Of a DNA stretch of 64,000 bases, positions 61,146-64,000 are shown piece by piece. The DNA comes from Burkholderiaceae bacterium (GTDB lineage: Bacteria > Pseudomonadota > Gammaproteobacteria > Burkholderiales > Burkholderiaceae_C). Each line of letters opens with the position of its first letter. Within the stretch, counting starts at the first letter, position 1. The position numbers and the translations under genes were made by a program. Where the stretch lies: NCBI GenBank assembly GCA_031253795.1, contig JAIRVR010000066.1:4258-68257 (forward strand), in the 5' to 3' direction. Under the pieces are notes generated by a model. That model made no database searches. It saw only the letters and a list, made by a program, of their open reading frames with translations, and was not told where the DNA came from.

Positions 61146-62948
61146 ATGTCCGAGCCTCTCTCCACCGCGTCCGCGCGGCCAGCCGCCTCCCTGTCATCCA
61201 TGTCCGGGCCACTGGACTGGCGCCGGCTGCTGCAATGGCTGCAGGCCGATGGCGTGATCAGCGCCGAGGAGGCACAGCGCACGGCCGCGCGCTGTTCGCA
61301 GGCCGAGAGCAGCCAGCACCCGCTGGCCCGCCTGGCCAACGTGGGCGTGGCGCGTGCCAGCGATGGCCGCGGCATGGACATCGAGGAGCTCACGCAATAC
61401 CTCGCGCGACGCAGCGGCCTGGCGTACCTGCGCATAGATCCGCTGCGCGTCGACGTGGGCCGTGTGGGCGAGATCATGAGCGCCAGCTATGCGGAGCGCC
61501 ACAAGGTCCTGCCCGTGCAGGTCTCGCCGCAGGAAGTGGTGGTGGCCACGGCCGAGCCCTTCATCGATGACTGGGTGGCCGAGGTCGAGCGCCAGGCCCG
61601 GCGCAAGGTGCGCCGGGTGGTGGCCAATCCGCTGGACATCAAGCGCTACACGGTGGAATTTTTCGCGCTGGCCAAATCGGTGCGTGCGGCCGAGAAGGCC
61701 GGGGGCGCCGCCAGTTCGGCCAGCTTCGAGCAGCTCGTGGAACTGGGCAACAGCAGCAAGCAGCTCGATGCCAATGACCAGGGCGTGGTGCGCGTGGTGG
61801 ACTGGCTGTGGCAGTATGCCTTCGACCAGCGCGCCAGCGATATCCACCTGGAGCCGCGTCGAGAGCAGGGCGTGATCCGCTTCCGCATTGATGGCGTGCT
61901 TCATCCGGTCTACCAGATGCCCATGGGCGTGCTCAATGCCATGGTCTCGCGCGTCAAGCTGCTGGGCCGCATGGACGTGGTGGAAAAGCGCCGCCCCCAG
62001 GATGGCCGCATCAAGACCCGCAACCCGCGCGGCGACGAAGTGGAAATGCGCCTGTCCACCCTGCCCACGGCCTTTGGCGAGAAGATGGTGATGCGCATCT
62101 TCGATCCCGACAACACGGTCAAGGACCTCGATGCGCTGGGTTTCACCAGCCATGACGCCCAGCGCTGGAACGAGCTGGTGCGCCGGCCGCACGGCATCAT
62201 CCTGGTGACCGGGCCCACGGGCTCGGGCAAGACGACCACGCTGTACTCCACGCTCAAGCGCGTGGCCACCGAGGCGGTCAATGTCAGCACGGTGGAAGAC
62301 CCCATCGAAATGATCGAGCCCAGCTTCAACCAGACCCAGGTCCAGCCCCAGCTGGACTTCGGTTTCACCGAAGGACTGCGCTCGCTGATGCGCCAGGACC
62401 CCGACATCATCATGGTCGGCGAAATCCGCGATCTGGCTACGGCCGAAATGGCCGTGCAGGCGGCGCTGACGGGTCACCTGGTGTTCTCCACGCTGCACAC
62501 CAACGATGCGCCCAGCGCCGTCAGCCGGCTCATGGAACTGGGCGTGCCGCCCTACCTGATCAACGCCACCTTGCTGGGCGTGCTGGCCCAGCGCCTGGTG
62601 CGCACGCTGTGCCCCCAGTGCAAGCAGCCCGATGACGAGGCTCTCGCGTCCACGCTGGCCGATGCCGTGCGGCCCTGGAAGCTGTCCGGCAGCTACCAGC
62701 CCTACAAGCCCGTGGGCTGCGTGGACTGCCGCATGACGGGCTTTCGCGGCCGCATGGGCCTGTACGAATTGCTCACGGTCAGCGAGGCGCTCAAGCAGCA
62801 AATCCATACCTCGCCCTCCATGGACACGCTGCGCCGCCAGGCCGTGCAGGACGGCATGCGCCCGCTGCGCCTGGCCGGTGCCCTGCGCGTGGCCGAGGGA
62901 TTGACCACCTTGCCCGAGGTCATGGCCAGCACGCCGCTGCTGGGCTGA
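61146..62948 (+). CDS. GspE/PulE/PilB family ATPase (orphan)
   Basis: ASDIHLEP, GPTGSGKTTTLY, TVEDPIE, RQDPDIIMVGEIRD, STLHTN, CxxC...CxxC. Confidence 0.93.
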   Translation: MSEPLSTASARPAASLSSMSGPLDWRRLLQWLQADGVISAEEAQRTAARCSQAESSQHPLARLANVGVARASDGRGMDIEELTQYLARRSGLAYLRIDPLRVDVGRVGEIMSASYAERHKVLPVQVSPQEVVVATAEPFIDDWVAEVERQARRKVRRVVANPLDIKRYTVEFFALAKSVRAAEKAGGAASSASFEQLVELGNSSKQLDANDQGVVRVVDWLWQYAFDQRASDIHLEPRREQGVIRFRIDGVLHPVYQMPMGVLNAMVSRVKLLGRMDVVEKRRPQDGRIKTRNPRGDEVEMRLSTLPTAFGEKMVMRIFDPDNTVKDLDALGFTSHDAQRWNELVRRPHGIILVTGPTGSGKTTTLYSTLKRVATEAVNVSTVEDPIEMIEPSFNQTQVQPQLDFGFTEGLRSLMRQDPDIIMVGEIRDLATAEMAVQAALTGHLVFSTLHTNDAPSAVSRLMELGVPPYLINATLLGVLAQRLVRTLCPQCKQPDDEALASTLADAVRPWKLSGSYQPYKPVGCVDCRMTGFRGRMGLYELLTVSEALKQQIHTSPSMDTLRRQAVQDGMRPLRLAGALRVAEGLTTLPEVMASTPLLG

Positions 62949-63144
62949 GGCCGCCATTCAAGGGGCTGCGCCGAGCCGCCTGCCGAGGTGTCCCGCATGC
63001 GCTGCAGGCCGCATGGGGCGGGCGTTTCGGGCCGCCATGTGTGTAGGACATGAGGGTATGCCCTTTGTAGGTGGAATCCACATTCGGACACAGTTTTTAT
63101 GAACGCACAATCGCCGGGTCGTGATTCCGTAAGGAGACATTCTC

Positions 63145-63633
63145 GTGAAAATCAAGAGTCAGAAAGACTTTTTTTCCGGCTTGATGTTCTTGGTGATTGG
63201 CCTCGCATTTGCGATCGGCGCAACCAACTACACCGTCGGTACGGGCGCCCGCATGGGCCCCGGCTACTTCCCCCTGATCCTGGGTGTGCTGATGGCCATT
63301 CTGGGCGCGGCCATCTGCGTCTCGGGCCTGAGCAAAGGCCCTGAAGGCGGGGACAAGATCGGCAAGTGGGCCTGGAAGCAGGTGTTCTTCATCCTGGCCG
63401 CAAACTTTGCCTTCGGCATCCTGCTGGTCGGCGTTCCGAACCTGGGCATCCCCCAGTTCGGCCTGATCGTCGCCATCTATGCGCTGGTGTTCATCGCCAG
63501 CCTGGGCGGCCACAGCTTCAACTTCAAGGAAGTGGCCATCCTGTCCACGATTCTTGCAGTGGGCAGCTATGTGGCCTTCGTGTGGGCACTGAATCTGCAG
63601 TTCCCCGTCTGGCCCAGCTTCATCACCGGCTAA
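63145..63633 (+). CDS. tctB: Tripartite tricarboxylate transporter TctB
   Basis: KDFFSGL.F, RMGPGYFP, 4 TMs; AAGGAG RBS. Confidence 0.9.
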   Translation: MKIKSQKDFFSGLMFLVIGLAFAIGATNYTVGTGARMGPGYFPLILGVLMAILGAAICVSGLSKGPEGGDKIGKWAWKQVFFILAANFAFGILLVGVPNLGIPQFGLIVAIYALVFIASLGGHSFNFKEVAILSTILAVGSYVAFVWALNLQFPVWPSFITG

Positions 63634-63648
63634 GCAGGAGCATCGTCC

Positions 63649-64000
63649 GTGGAACTCTTTCAGAACCTGGCGACCGGCTTCGGCGTCGCCTTCACTTTCC
63701 AAAACCTGATCTACTGTTTCGTCGGCTGTCTGCTGGGAACACTGATCGGCGTGCTGCCCGGCATCGGCCCCGTGGCCACGATCGCCATGTTGCTGCCCGC
63801 GACCTACGCCCTGCCTCCGGTGGCGGCGCTGATCATGCTGGCCGGCATTTACTACGGTGCCCAGTACGGTGGTTCGACCACTGCCATTCTGGTGAACCTG
63901 CCTGGTGAATCCTCTTCCGTGGTGACCGTGATCGACGGCTACCAGATGGCGAGAAAGGGGCGAGCGGGACCGGCTCTTGCAGCCGCCGGCATCGGCTCGT
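63649..64000 (+). CDS. tctA: Tripartite tricarboxylate transporter TctA (truncated by window edge)
   Basis: Manual translation MELFQNLATGF...GTLIGVLPGIGP...YYGAQYGGSTTAILVNLPGE; AGGAG RBS. Confidence 0.92.
   Translation, partial: MELFQNLATGFGVAFTFQNLIYCFVGCLLGTLIGVLPGIGPVATIAMLLPATYALPPVAALIMLAGIYYGAQYGGSTTAILVNLPGESSSVVTVIDGYQMARKGRAGPALAAAGIGS

Overview
High-GC (roughly two-thirds G+C by eye) betaproteobacterial chromosome segment, most consistent with Comamonadaceae (Comamonas-like; inferred from gene content and order). It is mostly core genome: folE (3' end), a Dpp/Opp-type ABC transporter plus amidase, ferredoxin, pth-rplY-prs-tRNA-Gln-ispE-lolB-TPR, mutM-dynamin-like GTPase-mutY, creBCD, rapZ-recN-nadK/hrcA, tRNA-CAT, tRNA-Arg, trpS cluster, recJ, lolE/lolD, tatD, a family-6 UDG, an orphan GspE-type ATPase and tctB/tctA. 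Accessory modules include four chemoreceptors, a response regulator/LysM-FecR/CHASE2 kinase triad, a CsgG-like/DUF4810/DUF799 lipoprotein triad and a MarR/Bug/sulfatase/SulP module. I saw no integrase, transposase, phage gene, rRNA or CRISPR array. Best leads: the LysM-FecR/CHASE2 triad, the lone dynamin-like GTPase between mutM and mutY, the curli-less CsgG triad, a structured RNA between prs and rplY, and a recurring leaderless (-10 box, 6-8 nt, start codon) gene architecture. All calls come from motif reading only; no database searches were run.
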